This document shows positions 1-7,863 of a stretch of 32,000 bases of DNA, one piece after another. The position numbers and the translations under genes were made by a program. Each line of letters starts with the position of its first letter. Position 1 is the first letter of the stretch. This DNA comes from Candidatus Methanoperedens sp. (GTDB lineage: Archaea > Halobacteriota > Methanosarcinia > Methanosarcinales > Methanoperedenaceae): the NCBI GenBank assembly GCA_027460535.1, contig JAPZAR010000005.1, forward strand, positions 1-32,000, written 5' to 3'. Below the pieces are notes generated by a model, which worked only from the letters and a program-made list of their open reading frames with translations, was not told the DNA's origin and made no database searches.

Positions 1-2
1 TG

Positions 3-1394
3 CCCCTGCAGGAAGGCTATGTCCTGAAGGCAGTGGATATAGATCTGAGTGCCCGGACAATGCTCATCTCCCTGTTAAAAGATGGGAACGTAGTAGATCC
101 AGGAACTCCTCTAAACGCAGGCCAGACCTATGTTTATGCACCATCGAGAGTGGGTGCTGTATCAGACCTCCCTATTATTATGATACGATTTGACAGCGTG
201 TTCTCAGGCACAGAAGTGCAGGCTGCCTTCTTGAAAGGTGTGTTCCAGATATCACCGAACCCAACCACGATTAAAACCGGGAACGTATACAATGATATGA
301 AAGTGACAAATGTCGGACAGGATAAAATCGAGATGAAGAATAATAATGCTATCAGCCTGGATAATGGCAAAATTGAACAACTAATGGGCGATATTAACCT
401 GAAAGTAGGTGACACCGCAGCCACTGATAACCTTCTCCGGTTTTATTTTGCTGTGGATGTAACCCCTGAAAAGGTGGCAAACCAGCTTGTAATAGATGCT
501 CCGACTAAAGCAAATGCTGGAGATGTACTTAATGTAAAGGTTACAGCAGGTGGTAATCCTCTGGACGGCGTATCTGTAGCGTTGAGTTCTGCTGATGCAG
601 GCCAGACTGATAAGAATGGCCTCCTCAACTATACCCTGCCAAAAACGCTGAAAGGCATTTACAACATAACAGCAACCAAGCTGGGCCTCCAGAAGGCGAC
701 AAGGAGCATAGAAGTCCTGCAATATGTTGAGTACAGGCTGAGTATAGACGCTCCGACGACTGCTAACCAGTTTTCTCCAGTCTATATAAATGTTACATAT
801 AATGGCTCTGCAATCAGCGGAGCGACTATAGTGTACGACAATGGAACTATTGGCGCAACTGATAATAACGGCGTATTGAACTACACTCTACAAACAAGCG
901 GCACGCATACCATATCGGCATCAAAGAGCGGTTATATCACGGCTGAAAGAGATATTAACGTCAGGGCGCCTTTTTCCCAGTATCAGGCGCTCAATATCAA
1001 TATTACTCCAGGCACTGTTTTCGTAAACGAGCAGGCTTTAATCAGGTCGAATATCACAAATGTAGGCACGAAAGCGGATACACTCCCTGTGGAACTTATT
1101 TCTAACGGGACAGTCGTTGACAACAGGTCAGTCTCTCTTGCCCCGAGTGAGATAAAGGAGATTAATTTTACAAGAAAAGAAACCCTGCCGGGGAATTATA
1201 CGATTGAAATACTTGGACAGAAAGGGTTACTGGAAGTTAAGGAACAGCCAATAAATTACCTTCTGGTAGGAGGAATTGCAACTGCCCTCGGAGCTATCAT
1301 AATCTATGTGTTGACTGCTAAAAGCAAGCTGAGCCTTGAATTACTGAGACGGAAATTGAACCTTTCTGGGAAACCCGGCAACAAAGGGCCTTAA
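3..1394 (+). CDS. Cell-surface (S-layer-type) protein, 5'-truncated by the window edge, with a C-terminal membrane anchor
   Basis: The frame is open from nt 3 with no stop before the GTG at 33, so the gene starts upstream. It has two tandem repeats of about 75 aa (IDAPTKANAGD..NGLLNYTLPK..ITATKLG and IDAPTTANQ..NGVLNYTLQTSG..ISASKSG). A CARDB-like beta domain follows (NITNVGTKADTLPVELISNG). It ends with one TM helix (LLVGGIATALGAIIIYVLTA) and a basic tail. Confidence 0.6.
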   Translation, partial: PLQEGYVLKAVDIDLSARTMLISLLKDGNVVDPGTPLNAGQTYVYAPSRVGAVSDLPIIMIRFDSVFSGTEVQAAFLKGVFQISPNPTTIKTGNVYNDMKVTNVGQDKIEMKNNNAISLDNGKIEQLMGDINLKVGDTAATDNLLRFYFAVDVTPEKVANQLVIDAPTKANAGDVLNVKVTAGGNPLDGVSVALSSADAGQTDKNGLLNYTLPKTLKGIYNITATKLGLQKATRSIEVLQYVEYRLSIDAPTTANQFSPVYINVTYNGSAISGATIVYDNGTIGATDNNGVLNYTLQTSGTHTISASKSGYITAERDINVRAPFSQYQALNINITPGTVFVNEQALIRSNITNVGTKADTLPVELISNGTVVDNRSVSLAPSEIKEINFTRKETLPGNYTIEILGQKGLLEVKEQPINYLLVGGIATALGAIIIYVLTAKSKLSLELLRRKLNLSGKPGNKGP

Positions 1395-1532
1395 TATGGC
1401 CCTATTTGTAAGCCGGGTAAAGCCCTAAAGCATATTTTAGATTATCCGCTGGGGCTCACCAAAGCCTTTCAGATCTAATTAAGAGCTGGCGTCCAGGAGA
1501 AAATTCCGAGTTCACGTATTCGAGATGAATGA

Positions 1533-2429
1533 TTATTTCAAAGCCCCTATCACATCTTCAACATCCACGTATCTTCTGTCCGGCAGCTTCTCAAGCAACA
1601 TACAAGCATGCACATGCTCCACATCTGATAGATCAAACACCTTCCACCCCTGTTTTTCTATTAATTCGCTTTTGGTGGCAGGGAATTTCGCATCCTCTTC
1701 AAGCACCGATTTAATTGATGCCAGTCCGGTAGTCTTCGTGAGATTAGGAAAGCTTCTGCTTTTTTCATAAACCTTGAGTCTCGCCGCATCCATGTACATC
1801 TTTGCCCCATGGAAGGTGAGGTATGCTACACTTGTACTTTTTTCCTTTACGCGTTCATCAATTTGGCGCATCTCCGTATCATCGAACTGGTATAGATTGT
1901 GTTCTCCGCGCCCGAAAAGGCGCGTGTAAATTATGTCTGAATCGATATCTGGCAATTGCCGTGAGATATCGGTGCATTGGATTATTCCGAGATCACGCAT
2001 TAATTCAATCGTCTCTCGTGTTATCTGCCCGCGTATCTCCCAGGCCAATCTGATTTTTCCGAAATTAAATGAAGAAATTAAATCTCTTATGTCCTTCAAC
2101 TTTTCATGTGGATCGAAAGAAGCCGGGGTCTGGATATGCAGTACTTCAGCCCTCAGTTCGTTGCAGATACGAAGCGAATTATGGAGTATTTCATGACTCT
2201 CCGGAATGGGGGTAAGAAAATACTTATGCGTGAGGTCCTGGTGACAGCGTACCGAGAACATAAAATCAGGAGGCACTCGCTTTCTCCATGACCTGACCAT
2301 TTCAATGGATGGGGTTGTGTAGAAAGTCGAGTTCACTTCCACAAAATCAAATGCCTTTGCGTATGCAGCAAGACGATCCATTCCAGGAACCCGGAAATAT
2401 GCCCATCCGCCTGCGCCAATGTATAACAT
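1533..2429 (-). CDS. DUF72 (UPF0759/YecE-like) family protein
   Basis: The N-terminal GAGGWAY..LAAYAKAFDFVEVNSTFY signature is paralogous to the adjacent plus-strand gene. The ORF formally opens with TTG at 2450. The ATG at 2429 (MLYIGAGGW) aligns with the paralogue's start and sits about 26 nt from a TATA-like box. Confidence 0.8.
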   Translation of the reverse strand: MLYIGAGGWAYFRVPGMDRLAAYAKAFDFVEVNSTFYTTPSIEMVRSWRKRVPPDFMFSVRCHQDLTHKYFLTPIPESHEILHNSLRICNELRAEVLHIQTPASFDPHEKLKDIRDLISSFNFGKIRLAWEIRGQITRETIELMRDLGIIQCTDISRQLPDIDSDIIYTRLFGRGEHNLYQFDDTEMRQIDERVKEKSTSVAYLTFHGAKMYMDAARLKVYEKSRSFPNLTKTTGLASIKSVLEEDAKFPATKSELIEKQGWKVFDLSDVEHVHACMLLEKLPDRRYVDVEDVIGALK

Positions 2430-2437
2430 AGACATAA

Positions 2438-2462
2438 GTATTAATCGCAAGGGATATAATTA
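2438..2462. promoter_or_regulatory. Interleaved divergent promoter pair for the two DUF72 genes
   Basis: GTATTAAT (2438-2445) lies 24 nt upstream of the ATG at 2469. ATATAATT (2455-2462, read on the minus strand) lies 26 nt upstream of the ATG at 2429. This spacing fits archaeal TATA boxes driving leaderless mRNAs. Confidence 0.35.
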
Positions 2463-2468
2463 CCTTTC

Positions 2469-3629
2469 ATGGGCACGATTCGATTAGGCTGCTCGGGCTG
2501 GGATTACAGGGATTGGGCTGATGTATTTTATAAGACAGATGAGTCAAGACTTCAGGCATATTCACGTATTTTTAATACAGCTGAGATAAACTCCACATTT
2601 TATAGCTATCCATCACAGGGTATCGTATTCGGCTGGGAAAAGTATACTCGCAATGATTTCAAATTCGCTGTAAAGCTGAACCGCATAATAACCCATGAAA
2701 AGTTGCTCGATATATCAAAAGGCGTTGAAGATGACTTGAAACGATTCTGCGAACTCATGAAACCGCTTCAGGATAAGGGAAAGCTTGCCTGCATCCTTAT
2801 TCAATTGCCGCCGGGGATGAAATTCAGAAAGGACAGGATCGAGGAATTCCTCAAAATATTGCCCGCAGATATACGTTTCGCTCTTGAATACAGGAACAAG
2901 ACATGGCTCTCCGATGAGGCCCACAAATTGCTTTCTGATCATAATGTTACTGCTGTGGTCGTGGATGAGCCGCTGCTTCCCGCAGAAATCAGGCTCACTT
3001 CTGATATTGCCTATGTGCGCTGGCACGGACGGGGGGAAAAGATGTGGTACAACTACCGATATTCAAAAGGAGAGCTTGCGAGATGGATACCGAAAATCAG
3101 GGAGATGTCGCAGAGTGTTGATGTTTACGGCTATTTCAACAACCACTACCACGGCTATGCACCAGAGAACTGCATAGATGTATTGGAGATGCTCGGGGTT
3201 GCCACGCCTGGGCAGAAAGAAGTAAGACAGCGCATGTCGGAGTACTGGAAGGGAAGGAAAGCAGTTACAAAGACGCTGAGCGATTTTATGGAGCAGGAAA
3301 AAGAGGCCATATCAACATTGCTCTCTGGATATATCGAAGCTACAAGGCTTGAAAAAGCAAGAGAGATAAAAGATATTGAATTGATCGAAATGGGAGGCGA
3401 TAAGATTGTGGCCGACGTGAAGGGCTATTCGGTTTATATTGACCTGGAAAGGAGGTTCATACTGCATGATTGTCCTGACTGGAAAAGAACTAAGAGAGAA
3501 GGACGATTCTGCAAACATGTCGGAGCGCTTATTCTTGCGCTGCCGGAGGATAAGGGGAGAGCGGTGCTCGGGAACATCAGGAGGCAGCAGTGGGAGTTCA
3601 GCCAGTATACGGGGAGGGGAAGTGGTTAA
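2469..3629 (+). CDS. DUF72 family protein with a C-terminal SWIM-like zinc-finger extension
   Basis: The N-terminal two thirds carry GCSGWDY..LQAYSRIFNTAEINSTFY, LIQLPP and VRWHGRG, all DUF72-like. The C-terminal ~130 aa contain ILHDCPDW-x9-FCKHVGALILAL, i.e. H-x-C-x12-C-x-H. This is the SWIM CxCxnCxH pattern with His in place of the first Cys. Confidence 0.75.
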   Translation: MGTIRLGCSGWDYRDWADVFYKTDESRLQAYSRIFNTAEINSTFYSYPSQGIVFGWEKYTRNDFKFAVKLNRIITHEKLLDISKGVEDDLKRFCELMKPLQDKGKLACILIQLPPGMKFRKDRIEEFLKILPADIRFALEYRNKTWLSDEAHKLLSDHNVTAVVVDEPLLPAEIRLTSDIAYVRWHGRGEKMWYNYRYSKGELARWIPKIREMSQSVDVYGYFNNHYHGYAPENCIDVLEMLGVATPGQKEVRQRMSEYWKGRKAVTKTLSDFMEQEKEAISTLLSGYIEATRLEKAREIKDIELIEMGGDKIVADVKGYSVYIDLERRFILHDCPDWKRTKREGRFCKHVGALILALPEDKGRAVLGNIRRQQWEFSQYTGRGSG

Positions 3630-3954
3630 ATTAATCACAACTAACATAACAATAAATCTCATTATTATCTTTCCACCATTTTGCAGAGATATTTTATGAA
3701 AGAATATTCGTAGAAGCAAGGATCTGCTAAAATGATTTGCTTTGAAAAGAATGCCGATGGATGGTATAAATGAAATGAAAGCGAAAATGGTAATGTATCG
3801 CAAGAAAAAATTATCTAATCTTTGAAACGATGTAGATAAGATGGTAAGACTTTAAAAACCAGGGATGAAACGTACGTGAACACAGAAGCCATCGTAGGGA
3901 TTTGATGAAAGAATTAAAGAGACCAGTGTCTATTGATGAACCATTGAGGTATTG

Positions 3955-4107
3955 ATGAAAGAAAGTAAAAATAAGCCAAGTAAATTCGCTGGCGGCTGGA
4001 AAATGGATGAAATAGAACTTCTTAAAATAAAAGATGAATTGAGAGAAAGCTGGAAAAGATGGGAGTTTAACAGATACCGACAGCCTTATTCATCTCCTCA
4101 GGGATGA
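3955..4107 (+). CDS. Possible remnant of a small VapB-type antitoxin
   Basis: A 50-codon ORF (MKESKNKPSKFAGGWKMDEIELLKIKDELRESWKRWEF..) lies directly upstream of the PIN-domain frame and overlaps it. The call rests only on position, small size and the charged helical C-terminus. Confidence 0.3.
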   Translation: MKESKNKPSKFAGGWKMDEIELLKIKDELRESWKRWEFNRYRQPYSSPQG

Positions 4108-4450
4108 AGAAAATGCAGTAAGCAAAATACGTAAGCTTGAAAAAAATGAAGAGCTTGCGACTACTGATATAAACGCTTTCGAGCTGTACTTCGGCGCATA
4201 TAATTCAAGGGATAAGGATAGGAACATCTCTTCAGCAAACGGACTTCTTAAGACCTTGACGCTGCTGCATACACGGGAAGAAAGCATGGAAACAGCAGGG
4301 AGGATCTTTGCAGAAAGAAGGGCTAAAGGTAAAATGATAGAGATAAGGGACCTGCTTATTGGGGCTATTGCTTTACAGAACGGATATAAGCTCCTCACCA
4401 ATAACGGAGGACATTTTGAAGGGATGGAAGGACTGGCTCTTCAGGAGTAA
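4043..4450 (+). pseudogene. vapC: PIN-domain (VapC-like) toxin gene lacking an in-frame start codon
   Basis: The open frame reads ..LTDTDSLIHLLRDEENAV..TTDINAFELYFGA..MIEIRDLLIGAIALQNGYKLLTNNGGHF, the PIN acidic-residue pattern. No ATG, GTG or TTG precedes the first conserved Asp. The only nearby ATG (4059) is one frame off. The ORF track reports only the last 64 codons (4256-4450). Confidence 0.6.
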
Positions 4451-4455
4451 ATCAG

Positions 4456-4510
4456 AGCGAGGAGAGGGGACTTGAATCCTTGAGTTCCTTGCGGAACACG
4501 GGATTAGCAA
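4456..4510 (-). repeat. Degenerate copy of the 3' half of tRNA-Ser(GCU): acceptor 3' strand, T arm, variable arm and part of the anticodon arm
   Basis: By hand alignment it matches 4990-5045 at 48 of 56 positions (7 mismatches, 1 gap). The T stem no longer pairs (AAGGA versus CCCCT), so it is not a functional tRNA. Confidence 0.75.
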
Positions 4511-4567
4511 AGCAGAGCGAAAAAAGCATAAGATAATATTAAGTAGTACGAAAAGAGAAAAGATATT

Positions 4568-4678
4568 ATGACCACAGTAGGAAAACACCTCAAGTTTGAT
4601 TACACAGACGTTCTTTTCTGGCTTGGTATCCTGATCATTGTGGCATGGATGATAGGCAAGATAGCTGGATTGATCTGA
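4568..4678 (+). CDS. Hypothetical 36-aa single-TM peptide
   Basis: It runs from an ATG to a stop, with one hydrophobic helix (VLFWLGILIIVAWMIGKIAGLI). It ends 7 nt before the next small ORF. There is no homology evidence. Confidence 0.2.
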   Translation: MTTVGKHLKFDYTDVLFWLGILIIVAWMIGKIAGLI

Positions 4679-4684
4679 TTTCAC

Positions 4685-4891
4685 ATGGTCCTACCTGTCC
4701 TGATAGAATTAATACCCATTTTTGGTGGAGTAGTTACGCTGGTGGCTGTCGCTTTGAAGATAGGGAGATTGTTGCAAAAACTTGATACTGCTATTGAAGA
4801 TATAGAGGAAATCAAAAGGGATATCGGCGACATCAAAGATGAACTGAAGGAAATGGACAAGCGTCTAACTCTCTTAGAAACAAGACAATAA
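4685..4891 (+). CDS. Hypothetical small membrane-anchored coiled-coil protein
   Basis: It has an N-terminal TM helix (LIELIPIFGGVVTLVAVAL). A heptad-like charged segment follows (LDTAIEDIEEIKRDIGDIKDELKEMDKRLTLLE). Confidence 0.4.
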   Translation: MVLPVLIELIPIFGGVVTLVAVALKIGRLLQKLDTAIEDIEEIKRDIGDIKDELKEMDKRLTLLETRQ

Positions 4892-4991
4892 TCTGCAGGA
4901 CTGATGCAGGCCGAAAATATTAACCGAATATCTTTGTTATTTATAACGCTTGATTTAATATCTGCTGATTTATGTTCCTGCGAAGAAGAAG

Positions 4992-5077
4992 CGACGAGAG
5001 GGGGACTTGAACCCCCGAGCTCCTTGCGGAACACAGGGTTAGCAACCCTGCGCCATACCGGGCTTGGCTATCTCGTC
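4992..5077 (-). tRNA. tRNA-Ser (anticodon GCU), class II with a long variable arm
   Basis: I folded the cloverleaf by hand. The acceptor stem is GACGAGA/TCTCGTC and position 8 is U. The anticodon arm is CAGGG-TTGCTAA-CCCTG. The variable arm has a 5-bp stem (GTTCC-GCAA-GGAGC). The T arm is GGGGG-TTCAAGT-CCCCC and the discriminator is G. CCA is not encoded. Confidence 0.92.
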
Positions 5078-5253
5078 ACTCGACGGCATCTAATTTACTG
5101 TTTGCTATTTAACACTTATTGCTTTTCTCTTTTCGGGAAATTTATAGGCACATCGAATATCATAAAAACGCGGATTAATTCTGCGCATCTGCGTTTATCC
5201 GCGTTCATCTGCGGTTTAATACTCGATAAATTCATCCGCGGTTCAATATAAGT

Positions 5254-5566
5254 AGCGGGCACACCCTCGGTCGCTGTTCCTCCCACTGTCCAGTGGTTCA
5301 CAAACTCGCCTCCGCCCCGCGACCCCATAAGCGATAGTTGTACACGGGTGGTATGCTCCCTTCCGGGCCTGAACCATTATCCGCGATTAAGACACAAAGA
5401 CCTTCCTTCAGGAAAGCCCTTGTACCAACACCAGCCCCATAGGACGGGGTTTCACAGTAGAATCTGTGGGTTGGGCAATAGTTAAAACTTCTTCCTCAGG
5501 CTTCGCCCCCCGCTGTCGACGGTTTCGGGTCACAGGTAACGCCGAGTTACCCGGGCTAGCCCGCCG
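5254..5566 (-). ncRNA. Signal recognition particle RNA (archaeal 7S/SRP RNA)
   Basis: The minus strand reads GGCGGGCTAGCCCGGG..CCTGTGACCCGAAACCG.. at the 5' end. It contains the conserved helix-8 motif TCAGGCCCGGAAGGGAGCA. The termini GCGGGC and GCCCGC pair. The length of about 310 nt is typical of archaea. The ends are accurate to within a few nt. Confidence 0.85.
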
Positions 5567-5625
5567 CAGCTAAATTGTTTTTGCATGCAATAAAGTTATC
5601 TCAATTAAAGTCATAATAAGGGCAT

Positions 5626-5859
5626 ATGGAAGAATTGATCGGTTTTGTTGCAAGCAATCATAAGGCAAGCAAGATCCTTGCCGTGCTGGATTCAAAGGGT
5701 CCGATGGACAGCGCCACAATAGCCAAAGCAACTCGTTTGGTGGGGGCAGAGAAAAGCATGGAAGAGCTGGTCGGGAAAAAGTTGATAACACACACGGGTG
5801 GGAAGTACGCTTTGACGGAACTTGGAAAACAGGTCTCGCATAAGCTTCGCGGGGTATAA
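5626..5859 (+). CDS. Small winged-helix (ArsR/MarR-like) DNA-binding protein
   Basis: This 77-aa protein has the pattern SKILAVLDSKGPMDSATIAKATRLVGAEKSMEELVGKKLITHTGGKYALTELG, i.e. helix-turn-helix followed by a beta wing. Confidence 0.55.
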   Translation: MEELIGFVASNHKASKILAVLDSKGPMDSATIAKATRLVGAEKSMEELVGKKLITHTGGKYALTELGKQVSHKLRGV

Positions 5860-5860
5860 A

Positions 5861-5935
5861 TGGGGCCGCTGAGATTTGAACTCAGGTCTCATGCACCCCA
5901 AGCATGAAGGATGGACCAGGCTACCCTACGGCCCC
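5861..5935 (-). tRNA. tRNA-Pro (anticodon GGG)
   Basis: The acceptor stem is GGGGCCG/CGGCCCC. The anticodon arm is CATGC-TTGGGGT-GCATG, giving anticodon GGG with G37. The T arm is CTGAG-TTCAAAT-CTCAG and the discriminator is A. Confidence 0.9.
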
Positions 5936-6057
5936 TCGATGAACTCGAATCGTCCACCACGGGTGCACAGCCTTAGAAGTTCTCTCAGTATTTTATCCTT
6001 TCTTTTTAACCACCATTTTCTGGTTGGTTTTCAACATTTTCATAATTGGCAGAAATA

Positions 6058-6065
6058 TTTATAAT
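6058..6065 (+). promoter_or_regulatory. TATA box of the KaiC-like operon
   Basis: TTTATAAT ends 25 nt upstream of the GTG start at 6090. No Shine-Dalgarno sequence lies between them, which suggests a leaderless mRNA. Confidence 0.4.
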
Positions 6066-6089
6066 GTTATAATAAGAATATTAAAATAG

Positions 6090-6968
6090 GTGATTAAAGT
6101 TAAACTGAACAGGATTCCTACCGGTATTTCTTCTCTTGACACGATCATACACGGGGGGTTCCCGTCTGGCAGCATGGTGTTACTTGTGGGAGATGTCGGG
6201 GCTGGGAACACGGAGTTCGCCTATACATCCGCTATCATGCTCTCCTCATTAAAGAATGAAGGCACGAAATACAATGCCGCAAAAAAACACCTTGAATCCT
6301 TCATGACCGAGAGGGATGTGCTGAAAATTCCGGGAAAGATCTGCTATATTTCATTTGTTCATTCAAAAAAGGAGATCCTTATGGAGCTGGAGCGTTCTTT
6401 TCCTCCAGAGTTCTCGGAAACGTTGTCCAACAACCTTTTCTTCAAAGACTTTTCATCAATATATTTTAAGACTTCCATATCACCGGCCCTGAACGTTGAG
6501 GGAAATACTGACATAAATATTTTGAAAAGTGTTGGCGGGGTTAAAGGTCTTCTGAAAGAACTGGTATACATCCTGGATTCCAATGCCCCTCACAATCTCG
6601 TGATAATAGATTCTCTGACCAACCTTATCCGGATATGCAACAGATCCATGGACTGGCAGGACCTGATATCTTTTCTTGAAGATCTGCAGCAGAGGTCAAA
6701 GAAATGGGACGGGCTCGTGTACCTGCCTCTTGGCAAAAATATCTTCGGGATCATGAAGGAAGAAGAGGTAATGGATGTGGCTGACGGGGTATTGATGTTT
6801 GAGTGGGTACAGGAAGGGTTTTCGAGACAGCAGACCATGTACATAAAAAAATTCAGGGGTCTGATGCCTCATTTGACGAAGGATAATATTATGCGGTTTG
6901 ATACCAAGGTAACAAACACCGATGGTTTTGTTGTTGTGAACGTCAAGCGCATCTCTGGGCGCAAATAA
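6090..6968 (+). CDS. KaiC/RecA-superfamily protein with degenerate catalytic motifs (probable pseudo-ATPase)
   Basis: The N-terminus has IPTGISSLDTIIHGGFPSGSMVLLVG, as in KaiC/RadA-like proteins. The Walker A motif reads GDVGAGNT, with Asn replacing the canonical Lys. The usual IS-x-EE catalytic Glu pair is replaced by ISFVHS. A Walker-B-like strand (LVIIDSL) is retained. Confidence 0.7.
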   Translation: MIKVKLNRIPTGISSLDTIIHGGFPSGSMVLLVGDVGAGNTEFAYTSAIMLSSLKNEGTKYNAAKKHLESFMTERDVLKIPGKICYISFVHSKKEILMELERSFPPEFSETLSNNLFFKDFSSIYFKTSISPALNVEGNTDINILKSVGGVKGLLKELVYILDSNAPHNLVIIDSLTNLIRICNRSMDWQDLISFLEDLQQRSKKWDGLVYLPLGKNIFGIMKEEEVMDVADGVLMFEWVQEGFSRQQTMYIKKFRGLMPHLTKDNIMRFDTKVTNTDGFVVVNVKRISGRK

Positions 6969-7061
6969 CAGAAAAAGGGACAATACAAAAGCAAGCAATA
7001 TTTTCAAGTACGTTTCTTAATACACCTTTTAGACCGTAACCTTTATGTCAAATTATATATA

Positions 7062-7076
7062 TGATAATGATTATCA
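7062..7076. promoter_or_regulatory. Perfect AT-rich palindrome TGATAAT-G-ATTATCA (candidate operator)
   Basis: I verified it by reverse-complementing. It lies in the 190-nt gap before the second KaiC-like gene, directly after TTATATATAT. Confidence 0.3.
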
Positions 7077-7158
7077 ACATAATGACATATATAATCGGCC
7101 GGTAATGAACTTCAAATGATTTGGGCATAACCCCCGGGCTAGTTCAGGAGTTGTTGTA

Positions 7159-7863
7159 ATGATACGGGTAAGTACGGGAATAAGCGGTCTGAATGAGATG
7201 ATAGAGGGTGGTATCCCGGCCGGGCATACGATAGCCGCCATCGGTCCCCCTGGCGCCGGCAAAACCACACTCTGCCTGCAATATGTTTGGGACGGTCTTA
7301 TGAAGGACGAACTGTGCATGTACATAAGCCTGGAAGAGGAGGAGGAAAAACTCTTAAAGACGGCTCTAAATTATGGATGGGACTTTCAGAAATATATCGA
7401 CAGGGGGACTTTATCGCTGATAAAGCTGGATGCCCTGGACATAAATGGTACCATGGAGAGGATGCTCTCCGAACTGCCAAAGCTGATTTCTAACACCGGG
7501 GTGAGGCGCATTGTTATCGATCCTTTCATACTTGTGGAAATGGCTTTTGACAATGACCACAAGCGCCGTGTCAATATTTACGAACTGGTGAGGACTATCG
7601 GGAGAACAGGGGTCACTACAATTATCACATCGGAGGCACTGAACGGGTACCATTCGCATTTCGGGATCATAGAATATATCGTGGATGGCGTTTTTGTCCT
7701 TGAGGTGATACATTCCAAGGAGAGGGGCTCTCTGATATATGCCATACAAGTAAACAAACTGAGGTGGTCAAGCCATTCCAAGGATATGAAACCTTACGCG
7801 GTCACGAGCAATGGGATCGATGTCTATCTCGATTCTAATGTTTATTGGAGTGAGAATGACTGA
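7159..7863 (+). CDS. KaiC-like RecA-superfamily ATPase with canonical motifs
   Basis: It carries VSTGISGLNEMIEGGIPAGHTIAAIGPPGAGKTTL (Walker A), MYISLEEEEE (catalytic Glu pair) and RIVIDPF (Walker B). AGGAG lies about 10 nt upstream of the ATG. Confidence 0.85.
   Translation: MIRVSTGISGLNEMIEGGIPAGHTIAAIGPPGAGKTTLCLQYVWDGLMKDELCMYISLEEEEEKLLKTALNYGWDFQKYIDRGTLSLIKLDALDINGTMERMLSELPKLISNTGVRRIVIDPFILVEMAFDNDHKRRVNIYELVRTIGRTGVTTIITSEALNGYHSHFGIIEYIVDGVFVLEVIHSKERGSLIYAIQVNKLRWSSHSKDMKPYAVTSNGIDVYLDSNVYWSEND

Noticed and set aside
3312-3803. A 163-aa minus-strand ORF spanning the 3' end of the DUF72-SWIM gene and the downstream AT-rich spacer.
   Set aside because: Two thirds of it is antisense to a well-supported gene. 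The remainder is AT-rich, low-complexity sequence with no start context.
3902-3963. Three TGATGA motifs (3903, 3934, 3953) that resemble C boxes of a C/D-box sRNA.
   Set aside because: No CTGA D box lies at a suitable distance and there is no terminal stem. The repeated ATGAAAGAA mini-ORF starts of the decayed antitoxin region explain them better.
4090-4401. A 103-aa minus-strand ORF opposite the PIN-domain frame.
   Set aside because: The plus-strand frame carries the full PIN motif set. The antisense translation is Ser/Leu-rich with no features.
5936-5975. A T-arm-like segment (GACGATTCGAGTTCATC on the minus strand) just upstream of tRNA-Pro, which could be a second tRNA remnant.
   Set aside because: Only 4 of 5 stem pairs form. 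There is no acceptor or anticodon arm, and it resembles neither tRNA in the window. The evidence is too weak to call.
4681-6064. ORFs overlapping the stable RNA genes: 4681-5034 minus, 4904-5251 plus, 5116-5328 minus, 5570-5791 minus, 5692-5901 minus and 5876-6064 plus.
   Set aside because: They are explained by tRNA-Ser, SRP RNA and tRNA-Pro, or are antisense to the wHTH gene. Their translations show no protein-like features.
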